Position numbers and translations under genes: made by a program
Part shown: one piece after another, positions 12,562-26,340 of the stretch
Layout: every line of letters starts with the position of its first letter
How positions within the stretch are numbered: the first letter of the stretch is position 1
The notes under the pieces: model-generated
Seen by the model: the letters and a program-made list of their open reading frames with translations, nothing else
What the model was told of the DNA's origin: nothing
The model's database searches: none
Source of the DNA: Octopus sinensis
Taxonomy: Eukaryota
DNA: 64,000 nucleotides
Assembly: GCF_006345805.1 (NCBI RefSeq)
Contig: NC_043012.1
Coordinates: 53,134,001 to 53,198,000, forward strand
Direction: 5' to 3'

Positions 12562-14019
12562 ATTTTCTTTTCGTATATCGGAATAGCATATCTACGTTAT
12601 CCATTGTATCTTTCATCAGGAGAGCAGCGTGGTATATAAAAGTGATTTCGCTTCTAAATTCTACCCGATTAAATTGTTAAGCAGATGTTTGTTCGTAAGG
12701 CTTGAAATCACAAATATGTCGAATAGAATTTATTCCATTCTACTTACATAAGCTCTTTTCTTCATCTGAAGCATAGATTTTTCTCCAGTATTCTTCTTTT
12801 TTTTTTTTTCTCTCCTTCTCCTTAGCTGGATCCCTGTTTTTTCCTTTCGGATTTTTCTGCCCCGTGGCGTAAGTTACACCAAGATAGAGCTGGATTAACT
12901 ATGAAGCAAATTAAGCACGTGCTTAGCTCATCAAGGAAAATTAGGTAGGACAACACAGAGATGGTAAATGGTGTACGGCACAAAAGAAATCACTTTAAAT
13001 CACTTTAAAATTGCTAAAATAATATTCAAAGTCATTTATATAATCGGAAGTATTATTTCGAAGTGTTCATGGTGTCACAGTTTGGATATGATCAAATACT
13101 TGGCTATTAAAAAAGAAGTAGAAGGAAATTTTTTCAAATATAAGGGCTGTGTGGTAAGTAGCTTGCTTACCAACCATATGGTTCCGGGTGCAGTCCCACT
13201 GCGTGGCACCTTGGGCTAGTGTCTTAACTTCGGGTCGACCAAAGCCTCCGGTGGTGGAGGGGGTCACTGAAGTACACAACTCACCACCCCACAGCAAGAC
13301 TGAACCTTGTAGTGGATCCAAATTTACGACTGGTATTTATTTTATAGATCCCAAAGTAATAAAAAGAAGAAATCATCTTCGAAGTGGTTGGAAACTGGAC
13401 CGTAAAAGAACGAAATGAAGGACTGCAAAACATTTAAAACAGCACCTTACTATTTCTCTCCATGACTATTCCATGATCAAGGCTGTCGTAACAGCGTAAC
13501 AGGCAAATAGTTAAAGCAATCCAATAGGGCCCCTAAATACACAACCACAGCGTACATAGCTTAACATTGGGTCCCTAGATCGATGTGGGACCTTGGATAA
13601 CTGCCTTCAGACTACTGTTTATTTCTTATATTTCTTTGATTTTGATGCTCTGACGAAACTTACTTTTCGCGCACGTACGCCGAATTAATACGAGAATTAA
13701 ATTTAAGTTTTAGGACATATTACGATTATAATTGTCTACTCACACAGACACACACACACGCACTCAGATACATACATACATACATACATACATACATACA
13801 TACGTACGTACACACATGTGAGTGTGTGTGAGTGCGCGCGCGCGTGTGGTATTTAAGCATTTATTTCAAATTGAGTCAACACGAATTATTTCACTCTGGT
13901 ATTACGTACCTAATTCCGTTTTTTCCTTTTGTTTTTCTTTTGTTTTGATTAATTGCAGTTCAACGCGAGAGCCCAAAATCTATCTATAGACAGATAGATA
14001 GACAGATAGATAGATAGAT

Positions 14020-14325
14020 ATGTTTCTTTATTAGCCACACAGGGCTGCACACAGACAGAACAAATTACAAGGTAGAGCTTTTCTTTTGGGGATAAAAAAA
14101 GGGGGTTGGTTTTCGATCAAAAGGGATCGTAAAAGGAAAGAAAGAGGACAAAAAAAAGGGGAGGATTTTTTTTAAAAAAGAGGGGGAGAGGGGAAAAAAG
14201 AGGAGAGGAAAAAAGTTGATCAATAGGGATCGTAATCACAGAAATGTCAATATGAAGTGTAAAGGGGAGGACAGGTGAGGTTTACCCGTGGAAGAAAAAG
14301 CCTACGGAAAAGACTACGGTAAACT

Positions 14326-14389
<64 letters not shown>

Positions 14390-14566
14390 TATAGATAGAT
14401 AGATAAGTTTCTTTATTGGCCACACAAGGTTGCACACAGATGGGACAAATTACAAGGTAGGGCTTTTCTTTTGGGGGATGAAAAAAAAACAAACAAAAGA
14501 AACAAAAAAAAGTAGCGTAAGTTTTTCGATCAAAAGGGATCGTAAAAGGGAAAAAAGAAAAAAAAG

Positions 14567-14570
<4 letters not shown>
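14020..14570 (-). mobile_element. Two tandem retroposon 3' ends embedded in (AGAT)n
   Basis: 'gtttctttatt.gccacaca.gg.tgcacacaga...caaattacaaggtag.gcttttcttttgggg' occurs at about 14022 and 14407, each next to GATA repeats. Confidence 0.55.
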
Positions 14571-14612
<42 letters not shown>

Positions 14613-14641
14613 CAGATAGACAGATAGATAGACAGATAGAC

Positions 14642-14721
<80 letters not shown>
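14570..14721. repeat. (AGAT)n microsatellite
   Basis: Direct inspection. Similar tracts at about 14326-14405, 21488-21578 and 60075-60150. Confidence 0.95.
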
Positions 14722-16018
14722 GCACTGGTTGTGTTTGTATTTTGATGTATGTTGTTCGTTGGAAAATTGCCCATCCAAAATTGTGACAAAATTATATTAG
14801 TATTTTTACAAAGTCTCTCACATTAAAAAAAAAAATTATTTTAAACTGGTGACATTTTCATCTCTTGGCTAAATTCAGAGAGAGAGGGGGGGAGAGAAAG
14901 AAAGGCAGAGGAGAAAAATGGGTGAAGGGGAGGAAAGGGAAGAATGATTAAAGAGAATTTTGTTTTTTTTACCGGGAGATATTTTCTCCGTTGAAGAAAG
15001 TATAAATTTATTCTGACTGCTTTGTTTCGTTTCGATGAGTCTGAAGGAAGAGATAATTAATGCCCTTGACCTTGACCAAGTTTTCCGAGGCTGGTGAATT
15101 TGAGGCCCTTAATGTTCCGTTTTAGACTGACGCAGATTGACCCTTACAATAACGATATGAGCAGAGAGAATATTTCAAAGGACCGAAGTTCTGGGAGAGG
15201 ACTGAGAACTGTGGTTAGTGCGGGATCGTGTGATGGGTGAACACTACAAGAAGCGCAGGATTAACCTTTAAGGAAAATAAGTACGTGCTTAGAGCATCAA
15301 AGAAATCGTGGCACCCCGGAAATGGTAAATCATTTACGATACAAAAGCGATCACTTGAAACTTGCTAAAACAATGTTCGAAGTGGTTTATATGATCGGAA
15401 ATATAATTTGGAAGTGTTCAAGATGTCATTGTGAGGATCTGACTAAGGACTTTAATTTTTAAAAAGCTGGAGAAAACTTTTCAAAGATAAATAAAGAAAG
15501 TATATACAAAAATAAGTATTATTTTCCATCTTACTGTTAGTTTTGTTTCATTTTGATAAATAACATTTTATTTCATGGTTTATTGTTGTTTATATTTTGA
15601 ATTTCGTGTACATGATGACACCTAAATCTTGTAAGCGCTTAGGGCCTCTATGGGTCTAAATCCAGCACAGGCCACAATATTGACAAAAGATGAAGAGGCA
15701 AGTGGGTCAGGACTGTCTGCATGGTGCAAGTACGAGGTCAGCCAGTTCCGCAAAGGAAAGATCATTATAGTAGCAACAGAAGAGACTTGAGAAAGGGGAA
15801 AGTGTATCAGTGCACCAGAGCCTCGTTTTTATTCTCGGCATGAAGCCTAAATATAGAAGGGACACTACATGGACAGACAACAGCAAACGTGGGCTACATA
15901 TAACGATTAATGAATGATTTATGAGGTGTGAAAAAAATAAAGATAATGAAATGGCTTTCTACCCCGCAAAGTAGAAAGTTGCATTTTTACTGTTTTTACT
16001 GTTCAGTTTGTATATATA

Positions 16019-16500
16019 TCTCTTATTATAAAAGGCAGATTTTATCTGCCTCCCTTTGTATCTTATAGAAATCTACAATATAGGATTTCTTCAATTACAA
16101 TTTACCTAGCATTTTTAAGAGTAGAATGCATCGGGTCATGCCAGGTCCAGTTTTTAAAATTTAAACTCCAATTAAGCAAAATTTACAGAAAACTCACATT
16201 CTGGTGTGTATGTCAAATGCTTTTCTTAGTCTGGTTTACAGCACACGCAAACGCACACACACAGTGTGCTACGAATAAAGTGAAAGTAATTCAGTGTGTT
16301 GACAGGTAGACAATAGAATGCGGTGACGATGGCGATGTAATATTTGTTTCTGTCTATGACGCTGATAGATACATGAGTAAAATGTATGGGAAGCTAAGAC
16401 ATAAGAGTGAGTGAAAATGTTCTTGGAAGAGAGTAAATAGCGAGAGAGAGTGATTTGAGGAAGACTTTACATTAAATAACCGTAGTGGCTTGTGTTAGTA
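16019..16500 (+). mobile_element. Possible non-autonomous Helitron 5' portion
   Basis: Begins A|TC TCTTATTATAAAAGGCAG, like the Helitron at 17543. No clear 3' hairpin or CTAG end found. Confidence 0.35.
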
Positions 16501-16641
16501 ATAAAGTAAACATACACTCATACATACATACATACATACATACATACATACACACACACACATACACACACACATACATACATACACACACACATACATA
16601 CATACACACATACATACATACATATACATACATACATACAT

Positions 16642-16672
<31 letters not shown>

Positions 16673-17099
16673 TACACACACACACAGTATTGAAGCTTGA
16701 GAACAATCAGATACATTTGCAACACATCTGTTGAAAATATTATTGTTCACACACATACATATACATATATACATACATACAGACAGACAGATAGACACAC
16801 ACACACACACATGATCCAGCATGGCCACAACCTCAAGGCTGAAACATATAAAAGAATAACAGAATATAAATGTGTGCATGTGTGTGAGAGAGAGAGAGTG
16901 TGTGTATATGTATGTATGTATGTATATATATATAATAATGCGGTTTTTTCAACAGCTTGAACTAAATGTCAGAGGGGAATGGGATAAACTACTTATATTA
17001 ACTTGCTATAAAAGCAGGTAGTAATTTTATCTTGTCCTTATTCACAGTGCAAGTTTTGAAGAGTGCATTTCGATTTTAACAGCTATTTTTTTCAAAGCT

Positions 17100-17520
17100 A
17101 TGTTGGAAGTAACAAAGGAGCATATTTGGCATATTTTGCTTTATGAGTTCAATAAAGACAACAACGCAACGGAAAGTACAAGAAATATTAATGCAGTATA
17201 TGGGGATTGGACAATAAGCGTAAGGCAGTGTCAATGGTGGTTCCAGAAATTCTGAGCCATAAACTACAGCCTAGAAGACGAGCCTCATCCTGAAAGATCT
17301 GTAGAACTCGACAAGGACATCCTGAAAACCCTGGTGGAACAAAATCTCATCGTAACTGTTGAGGAATTAGCAGAGAAGCTTGGATTTGGTCATTCAACCA
17401 TTCATTGAGACCTGTGTGCTATCGGAAAAGTCAGCAAATTGGGTCAATGGGTTCCTCACGAACTTCCGAGTCTAATTGCATGCAGAGAGTGAATGTATGC
17501 TTTTCTTTGCTGTCACATCT
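17100..17520 (+). pseudogene. Mariner transposase N-terminal fragment (HTH through WVPHEL)
   Basis: MLEVTKEHIWHILLYEFNK...QCQWWFQKF*...SLEDEPHPERS...KLGQWVPHEL, with internal stops. Confidence 0.85.
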
Positions 17521-17542
17521 CACCACTACTGCGCTATGTATA

Positions 17543-18180
17543 TCTATATATATAAAACTGTAGTTGTGTGAGTGTCTGTCCCCTTCGATTTAGATTCCTA
17601 ACTACTCCCACATTTTGCGGTGCAGTTTAACCAAATTCGGGTAGCTTATAGTCGTGATTCATATCGAGCCCGTCTGAGTATTATAGCGCGCGTCTACGAT
17701 GAGTCTACGATTTTAAAAATAATTTAACATAATTTTTTATTCCATTTTTAATGCATAATTTTTCGTGTGTCGATGGCGGCGGAGTTGGCGTCCACGCTCA
17801 CACCTGCACCTGTGGGGAAGGGAGTGTAAGGAAATCAACGTCGTAATGCGTTGTCAAGGAGACCAGCGTTCTTTTAGAACAACGACTTCATGGCTTGAAG
17901 ACACCAAAACAGAAATGGCTAAGAAAGCGTCTACATGAGTCTACAATTTAAAAAAAATTTACCATCGTTTTTTTTCCATTTTAATGCATTTTTTCGCTAT
18001 TATATAAGGGAAGTAACTCTCTAAAAATGTCTACGATGAGTCAACGATTTTAAAAAAATTTACCATCATGTTTTTTCCATTTTTAATGCATTTTTTGCTA
18101 TTTTTCGGCTATAACTCTCTAAAAATGCTTATATAGTTATTTCCCTTACAAACCCGAGCAACGCCGGGCGATACTGCTAG
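17543..18180 (+). mobile_element. Complete non-autonomous Helitron (638 bp)
   Basis: 5' TC, 3' hairpin cccgagcaacgccggg followed by CTAG. Inserted between A and T with no TSD. Confidence 0.85.
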
Positions 18181-18728
18181 TATTTTAATAAATCAGAAAA
18201 TTCGACATATCTTCGTATCAGAGACTGGCGCATGTATTTTGATAACTGCATATCAGCCATTTGTGGCAGCAAGCTCCGTCCCAAATGTAGGAGCAGTATT
18301 CCATTGTGGAGCTCCCTTGAGACAAATATGTTAAAGTCAGTATGGGAACTGTCTGTCAATTTAATCAGTCATTGATATTGGTTTTTGTTTAGCAAGCTCA
18401 TGGAAAATGAACAGCAATTTCGATCCCCAAAACAATATTGTCCCCAGAGAACTGGATACTAATTTCCATTTTTCGTTGATTTTTTTTATCAGAATCGGTT
18501 TGTAACAATGCAATGATTTGGAACAGCGAATAATAATAATAATAAAAACAACAACCAAATCTCTCCTACGAGAACAACACCCGTTAATTTTCTGACATAA
18601 CGTTTCTAGGACTAAATTACCGAATGCGTTTGTTTTCGTTTTATACCACAGTAGGATAATTTTATAGAGATATTTCTAGCTTGTTGTGTGATATGTAAAA
18701 GCTTTTTATCGTCATTATCTTGGTGAAA

Positions 18729-19057
18729 TCTCTCTCTATATAAACGGCAAAATGTCTGTGTGTGTGTCCTTTATACAAATCCACAGTTTTTCAGTTAGAG
18801 GGCTTGCACTTTCTATGGTCATTCAAAACCGTCCAAGGGTGGTCGTACACATCTTTACATTTCCCCAGTCACCACGAAAAGCCATTGAAAAATCAATAGA
18901 AGTGACTTTTTTGTAAATTTTCTATCCAAAACCCAATCAAAATGCCCGAAACTTGATACGCCAATTGAATGCCAGCTAGCTGTATGTGATTGGTCGGAGA
19001 TTTGGACAGTACTCGCGAGTATGTGCGCACGCACGCAGCTGTATATGCATGCACTAG
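18729..19057 (+). mobile_element. Possible second non-autonomous Helitron
   Basis: A|TC start with 'tatataaacggcaaaatgtctgtgtg'. Candidate CTAG end at 19054-19057, but the hairpin is weak. Confidence 0.4.
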
Positions 19058-19177
19058 CTACTAAAGTTTATTTTAGCGTCGTATAAAGCCTAGCAGTTAT
19101 TCTATCGGTTTCTTTTGCCGAAACGCTAAACTACGGGGACGTAAACACAGACACAATGACACACGCACACACACACA

Positions 19178-19225
<48 letters not shown>

Positions 19226-20307
19226 CGGCCTTCTTTCAGTTTCAGTCTACCAAATCCACTCACAAGGCTTTGGACAGTCCAAAGCTATAATGGAAGACAT
19301 CACGATGCTAAGGTGTTTCAACAACATTCTTTACACACATCTAAGATATTTCAGTGTTAAATGTAAATGTAATGTCGTCGCTAAAACAATGTGCAGTTGG
19401 TGCCAAACTTGCATTCATAGTAAAAGCAATTCTCCTTGGACATTAATACTTCGAGTCCTGGTTTCCATGGCGTTTAAATGACCGAAATCACAAACTTTCG
19501 CCAGTCCATCGTAGGGTTTATCATTTGAAGCTGAGTGAGCTGACTGTCTGTGTGCGTGCGACCATATGTGTGCGACCGAGTAAGTGTGCACAAAACTCAT
19601 GCAAATTCATTGCCGACGTCTTCTATTTCTAGAGCAGGGTACTGGTGACAATATTCAATACACACAAGACATTTTCTCAGGAGCGCCTTCTGTACAAATG
19701 AGATATAATTAAGTGGATGTTAAGTCACTTAAACCAGTGAGGCCAAAAATTTAATCGATTCAAATCATATCTATAAGGAAAACATATTCATCAGCATTTA
19801 AGGGAATCATTGTTTAAAAAATGGCAAGTTTGACAATTCCGGAATCGGAATTGTGAATGGGCCTATGTAGTGAGCAAGTGAGTCTTACGGCAACAGATCT
19901 GGACAATTTTCAGCCGTATTAGACCTCCTCAAGGAAGTATAACCTAACACTTACTGACTAGACTTTACAATGGCTATGAGATTATATAACACTTTGGGTG
20001 AAAAATCCTTCAATAATTCGGTAATTTACAAGTAATAACCTACAACATTTTCCTAAGGGTGGTTTCTCGATGAAAAGTTGTTAAATACCTGTAACATGTC
20101 AAATATATTAAATTAAAAATGTTTAATGAACCCGTAAGATTTAACGCTTAAACTACTCGCTCAAAATCTATTACAGCACGTTCTCCCTAAAGTAAGAAAA
20201 GGCATCAAAATATCACATGGTTCACATTTCCCATAATGTTAATTCAAATCTCACAAAAAACCTTTCTTGACTTTACTCATGCACAGGAAAATATCATATA
20301 TTTTTCG

Positions 20308-20660
20308 GTGGGTGTGTGGTAAGAAGCTTGCTTTCCAACCATTTGGTCCCGGATTCAGTCCCATTCTGGGGCATCTAAGGCAAGTGTCTTCCATTATAGC
20401 TTTGGACTGTCCAAAGACTTGTGAGTGGATTTGGTTGACTGAAACTGAAAGAAGGCCGTCGTGTGTGTGTGTGTGTGTGTGTCATTGTGTCTGTGTTTAC
20501 GTCCCCGTAGCTTAGCGTGTCGACAAAAAAAAAACTGATAGAATAAGTACTAGGCTTAAAAAATAAGGCCTGGTGTCGATTTGTTTGATTGAAAACATTC
20601 AAGGCGGTGCTCCATGATGGCCGCAGTCAAACGACTGAAATAAGAAAAAGAATAAAAGAG
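20308..20660 (+). mobile_element. tRNA-headed SINE family B (CORE-like 'ggcaagt' segment, internal microsatellite)
   Basis: Same architecture as 32465-32912. Confidence 0.75.
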
Positions 20661-20699
20661 TATAGAATATATATGCGTGTGCGCATGTGTGTGTGTGTG

Positions 20700-21022
20700 T
20701 GTGGAAACCATGGGATTGCACCTAGAAAGTTACACGCCTCCCCCAAGGCACAAGTCCGGGCAATGTTTATGGAAGACCAGCAGTCGCCCATGCATACCAA
20801 CCTCCTGTCTCCACGCCACCGATGTTATCCAAGGGAAAGGCAAAGGGCCGATACAGCTTGGCATCAGTGATGTCGCAACTCATTTCTACAGCTGAGTGAA
20901 TTGGAGCAACATGAAATAAAGTGTCTTGCTCAAGAACACAACACGCAGCTCCGTCTGGGATTCGAACTAACAACCTCACGGTCGCAAGATCGACGCTCTA
21001 ACCTCTAAGCCATGCGCTTTCA
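20700..21022 (-). mobile_element. tRNA-derived SINE family D copy
   Basis: Minus strand starts with a tRNA-like A box and GTTCGAA B box. Similar to 63335-63682. Confidence 0.7.
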
Positions 21023-21044
21023 CATATATTTGTATGTATGTATG

Positions 21045-21076
<32 letters not shown>

Positions 21077-21086
21077 TGTATGTATG

Positions 21087-21415
21087 AAGGGCCGTGACTT
21101 AGTGATTAGGGTATTTGGTTCACAATCATAAGGTCATAGGTTCGATTCCCGGCGGCCTGTTGTGTCTTTGAGCAAGACACTTTATTTCACGTTGCTCCAG
21201 TTCATTCGGCTGGCAAAAACGAGTTGTACCCGTAATTCAAAGGATTGGCTGTGTCCCATTCTGTGTCACGCTAAATCTCTCTAAGAACTACGCGAAAGGA
21301 ACGCGTGTCCGTGAAGTGCTCGGCCACTTAATTTCACGTTCATTTCATGAGCAGGCTGTTGCGTTGATTGCCTCAACTCGAACACTAGTCGCCGCAACCA
21401 ACGGAGAGCCTCTGC
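21087..21415 (+). mobile_element. tRNA-derived SINE
   Basis: A box 'tgacttagtgattag', B box 'ggttcgattccc', then 'ttgagcaagacactttatttcac'. Same family as 58535-58857. Confidence 0.75.
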
Positions 21416-21485
21416 GTCTATCTATCTGTCTGTCTGTCTGTCTGTCTGTATGTATGTATGTATGTATGTATGTATGTATGTATGT

Positions 21486-21523
<38 letters not shown>

Positions 21524-21629
21524 TGATAGATAGATAGATAGATAGATAGATTGATAGATAGATAGATAGATAGATAGATTGGCAGCCAACACACACACTT
21601 TTTTTCCTTTCCTTGTTTTTTCTGTGTTC

Positions 21630-21665
21630 CTTTCTGTGGAAGAGCGTAGACTCGAAACGTTAAAG
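21630..21665 (+). ncRNA. Minimal hammerhead-ribozyme-like motif, core variant CUGUGGA
   Basis: cttt-CTGTGGA-a-gag..ctc-GAAA-cg-T-T-aaag: stem I, stem II and a palindromic stem III (AACGTT). Confidence 0.5.
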
Positions 21666-22318
21666 ACTTTTTCAATTCCCGAGCGTTATACTAATACATC
21701 AGTTTGTTTTCTACACCAACTGTCTTCGACTTTATCGTGAATTCTCCCTTTGTATGTATGTATGTATGTATGTATGTATGTATGTATGTGACTGTATCAA
21801 TGTGTATCATTGTGTTAATTTGAAAATAAAACGGTGCAAAGCAACTGCAGACAATCGAATGACTGACCGATAAATATTTTATGGTAAAAATATGCGAAGT
21901 GAGAGACAGTGTCTAGTAATTCTACATCATAAAACTATTACAAGTTTACCAATCACTTTACTCCATTTACTTACATTGAATATACCACGCCACTGAACGG
22001 GACCTACACATTGTATTTTTCGGTGCTAGATATAACGACCAAATTACACTCACGTTACACAATACCGGCTTTAAAAATGTGACACAGAATTTAGGATGCA
22101 GTCATGGTTGGATCGGTATTGTTGCAATGTCAGTTCAATCAGGTCAGACCCGCTCTCTCAGTCTCTCTTCTCACTCTCTCTCCACACACACACACACACA
22201 TATATATATATACACACATATATAAACATATACATATATATAAACATATACATATGCGAATATATATATATGTGCGTGTATGTGAGTGTAGTATATATAT
22301 ATATATATATAAATATAT

Positions 22319-22368
<50 letters not shown>

Positions 22369-22436
22369 ATATGTATATATATAGATATATAGATATAAAG
22401 ATATATATACATATGCATATACATATGCATATATAT

Positions 22437-22522
<86 letters not shown>

Positions 22523-23203
22523 TATATATTGTATTTCCTCAGATTAGTTTCATACGATTTTTAATAAAACGAATTCAGTAACACGTCTATAAACAGGAAA
22601 AGACAAGTTCAAATGACTGAAATAACAGGAAAATAGGCTCCTATTCAAAAGTATGTTTTCTCCTTCTTTCTTTCTATTTTTATCTATTTATTTTTTTATT
22701 TTATTAAATGATTGATACAAACCTCTAGCAAACGCATATTTCTAAATCCATTTATTATTTATTATTATTCCTTTGCATTGTCTCTTTTTTTGTATATGTG
22801 TGTATGTATGTATGTATGTATGTATGTATGTATGTATGTATGCATGTATAAATGCACACACACACACACACACACGTATGTACATCGATACACTAACATG
22901 TATATGGAAATGTTTCAAACATATACGTGTGTCCGTAAGCATATATGCGTATACATGTGTGCATGTGTATAAAACATATAATACAAAATATATTTGCTGT
23001 ACAATGCACATCTCCTCTCTCATATACACAAGTTATATTTCGTTCTGAATATGCTCAATGCGGACTGTAAAATTAATTAAATTAGACCTGTGGCCATGTT
23101 TATATCAAAGGAATTTTTACACTTTGTGGGAATATCAAATATATAATGCCATAATGCATATCAAATGTGTTGTATGTGTTTGTATGTATGTATATATATA
23201 TAT

Positions 23204-23235
<32 letters not shown>

Positions 23236-23509
23236 ATATTTATTTATTTATTATAAACTTAATATTATGTTTAATATTCAGTTTCGAAATGTTGTGGACA
23301 GAGATCGCACCAACTGGTGCATAAACAAACTGCATGCTGGGTGTGTCGGTCTATAATATATACGCTGTATTACTATATATACATGTACGCAAACAGACAG
23401 ACACACACACACACACACACACACACAAATAACACGCGCGCACACAAACACAGGTAAATCGAATATAAAAAACAACAAATGTCGAAAGGACATACACATT
23501 AAATGTATT

Positions 23510-23554
<45 letters not shown>

Positions 23555-23563
23555 TGTGTGTGC

Positions 23564-23620
<57 letters not shown>

Positions 23621-23627
23621 ATATATA

Positions 23628-25238
23628 CAGTTGCGGCCAAACTGTTCAGAACGGCATTGTTTTCGTCAGAAAAGTAGGTATATGTTTTTATCAAATTTGT
23701 TTTATATTCTATAATTTTCACAGACAATAAATACGATATTATTTGTTATTGTCTGAGATTCTGGTGTAATTTGAGAGGATAATAAAAAAGTTATGGATGA
23801 TTTTGTGATTTACTGCAAAACCCATGTCGGCCAAAAAGATCAGAACGGTTTTAGTATATTTAACCGTCGAACTCTAATGTTTTGAATTTGTTTACGTGAC
23901 AGTTCGTTTACTAAACATTAGTAAGAATATCTGCAGTGTACTTTGTTAATATAATGCCACTTACTCCGTTACCAATTTGTCAGCAGATTATTAAACTTCG
24001 AAAGAAGGATAATTTAAGTATTGGGTCTATTGCAAAGATTGTTAAGTCAAAAAGTGTTGTTCACCGTATTCTTAAGGTCTATGATGATTGTGGTTCGTGT
24101 GAAGCAAGAAAGTCTACAGGTAGGCCAAGAAAAACGACCAAGAGAGAAGATCGTGCTATGGTAAAGTTGGTTAAAAAGGACAGATTTAAAACTACTGCTG
24201 CTGTTTTTCGGGAAATGAGCATTGTACCGAAGAAAACTTTATCTCGAAAACCTGTGTCTCGTCCTTTAGTTGAACATGACCTACAAGCAAGAGCACCTGC
24301 AGTGAAGCCACTGATCAGCTCCAAGAATAAAAAGTGCCGTCTTACCTTTGCAACCGAACATGTGTTGTGGTCTCAAGAAAAATGGCAAACGGTGCATTTC
24401 AGTGATGAATCTAAGTCTACGTTATTTGGCTCAGATGGGAAAAGGTATGTTCATCGAAAAGCAGGTGAAAAATTGTCACCTAAATGCCTTAAGACTAGTG
24501 TTAAATTCGGTGGAGGAAGTGTCATGGTTTGGGGGATGATATCTGGAGATGTTGTGGGCCCTTTGCTGCGATTACATGGAAAGGTAAATGCAGGAGTTTA
24601 TAAACAACTTGTAAAAGATCATGTCTTGCCTGTGCTGAGAAATTCAACTAAGCGACCACCCATATTCATGCAGGACAATGCCCCATGTCACAAGGCTAAG
24701 GTGGTCATGAACTTCCTCAAGGCTTAAAAGGTTATTGTTATGGATTGGTCTGCTCAAAGCCCAGATCTCAATCCTATTGAAAATGTGTGGAATGTTCTAG
24801 GAGAACATTCGAAAGCCAGAAATCCTAAAACAACCGAGCAATTATGGAATGCCCTTCAGGAAGAATGGAATAAGACCACCCAGCTAGAAATTGAAAATTT
24901 AATTTCCCCATGCAGCCAAAAATGTCAAACTTTGATTGAAGCTAAAGGGCTTCACACTAAATATGAAATAATTCCAGCATTCTCTGTCACTTTTTGATTA
25001 TTTTGTTATTTTTTCAACCGTTCTGATCATTTTGGCCACCATGGGTTTTGCAGTAAATCACTAAATCATCCATAACTTTTGTATTATCCACTCAAATTAC
25101 ACCAAAATCTCATACAATACCAATTAATATTGTATTTATTGTCTGTGAAAATCATAGAATATTAAACAACTTTAATAAAAACTTATATCTACTTTTTTGA
25201 CGAAAACAATGCCGTTCTGAACATTTTGGCCGCAACTG
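23628..25238 (+). mobile_element. Full-length Tc1-family DNA transposon (1611 bp) with IR/DR-type ~220 bp TIRs
   Basis: TA|CAGTTGCGGCCAA ... TTGGCCGCAACTG|TA. Outer and inner direct repeats ggccaaa....tcagaacgg within each TIR. Confidence 0.95.
23954..24997 (+). pseudogene. Tc1 DD34E transposase with one internal stop (TAA at 24725-24727)
   Basis: GRPRKT, FSDESK, GGGSVMVWG, QDNAPCH and SPDLNPIENVW motifs. 34 residues lie between the second D and the E when read through the stop. Confidence 0.93.
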
Positions 25239-25350
25239 TATATATGCATATATATATAAATGCATATACATACATACACATATATATACATATATATATA
25301 ATATATATACATATACATATACATATACATATATATATATATATATATAT

Positions 25351-25728
25351 ATTTACAAGATAAGGGCAGAAGAAATATTCTAATGCCAAATATGCCGAAA
25401 CAAAAAATTGTCGATAACCATTATAATTTATGCGTCTCGAAACAAACCGATAGAAATCTCTAAAAAATTCGTTATTACCGTATTGGTCCAATTTCGGGGT
25501 TAATTCATAAGAGGAGAAAATTTTCTAGAGATTTCTATCGGTTTGTTTCGAGACGCATAAATTATAATGGTTATCGGCAATTTTTTGTTTCGGCATATTT
25601 GGCATTAGAATTTTTCTTCTGCCCTTATCTTGTAAATTATTAATAAATTTAACCTTTAAAGGTATTTTTTGATATGCTGGCCATTGATAAAATTTTTTTC
25701 CCGAAAAATTTTTTATCCTACATTAGTT
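25351..25728. repeat. Inverted repeat (~119 bp arms, ~50 bp spacer) plus tail; probable Penelope-like insertion
   Basis: 25351-25469 is inverted to 25519-25637. TA flanks. The tail resembles 2010-2060. Confidence 0.7.
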
Positions 25729-25849
25729 ATATATATATATATATATATAAAGTTAATCCAAACAAGAAAGCACAAAAAAACACAACAACGCGAGGACGTG
25801 GAACAAATACAGTATTATTGGACGCTCAGGAAAGAAGGAAAGAAGGAGG

Positions 25850-25884
25850 GTTTAACGTTTCGAGCGGAGCTCTTCGTCGGAAAC
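25850..25884 (-). ncRNA. Minimal hammerhead-like motif (core CCGACGA, U4C) in a short insert at about 25748-25955
   Basis: Minus strand: gttt-CCGACGA-a-gagc-tcc-gctc-GAAA-cg-T-T-aaac. Confidence 0.55.
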
Positions 25885-25978
25885 ATAGGAGAAGGAAAGA
25901 TCCAGAGAAAGGAAGACAGAGGAAAAAAATCGCCAACGGTACACACGAGGTCACATATATATATATATACATATATAT

Positions 25979-26028
<50 letters not shown>

Positions 26029-26060
26029 TTATATATATATATATATATATATATACTTAT

Positions 26061-26120
<60 letters not shown>

Positions 26121-26124
<4 letters not shown>

Positions 26125-26340
26125 GTTGTCCGGAAAGTTCGTGCCGATTTTATAGTAGCTTACCTTTCGACTCCCGGGAACCCCAATTTTGGGAAGAGGG
26201 TATTTTCAAGTTTAAGGAAAGTTGGAGACGCATTGTGCAACAAAATGGTTCATATTTGGTTGATTAAAATTGTAATGGCAAGTAGTTATTGACCTTTTTC
26301 TTTCCTTTAAAAATCGGCATGAACTTTCCGGACAGCCCAA
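26121..26340 (+). mobile_element. Mariner MITE, same family as 5011-5499 with a larger internal deletion
   Basis: TIRs ttgggttgtccggaaagttc / gaactttccggacagcccaa, inserted in (TA)n. Confidence 0.9.

Noticed and set aside
12826-12868. Possible + strand exon (polypyrimidine-TAG ... GTAAGT)
   Set aside because: It is isolated, with no partner exons or recognisable peptide. It cannot be supported without RNA data.
13648-13720. CTGACGA as another hammerhead core
   Set aside because: No GAAA or stem III at a compatible position, and no stem I.
14247-14789. Long ORFs such as SIYL-, YI-, CV- and HT-repeat peptides here and at about 16.5, 22-23, 26, 42, 52 and 57-59 kb
   Set aside because: They are stop-free translations of microsatellites, not genes.
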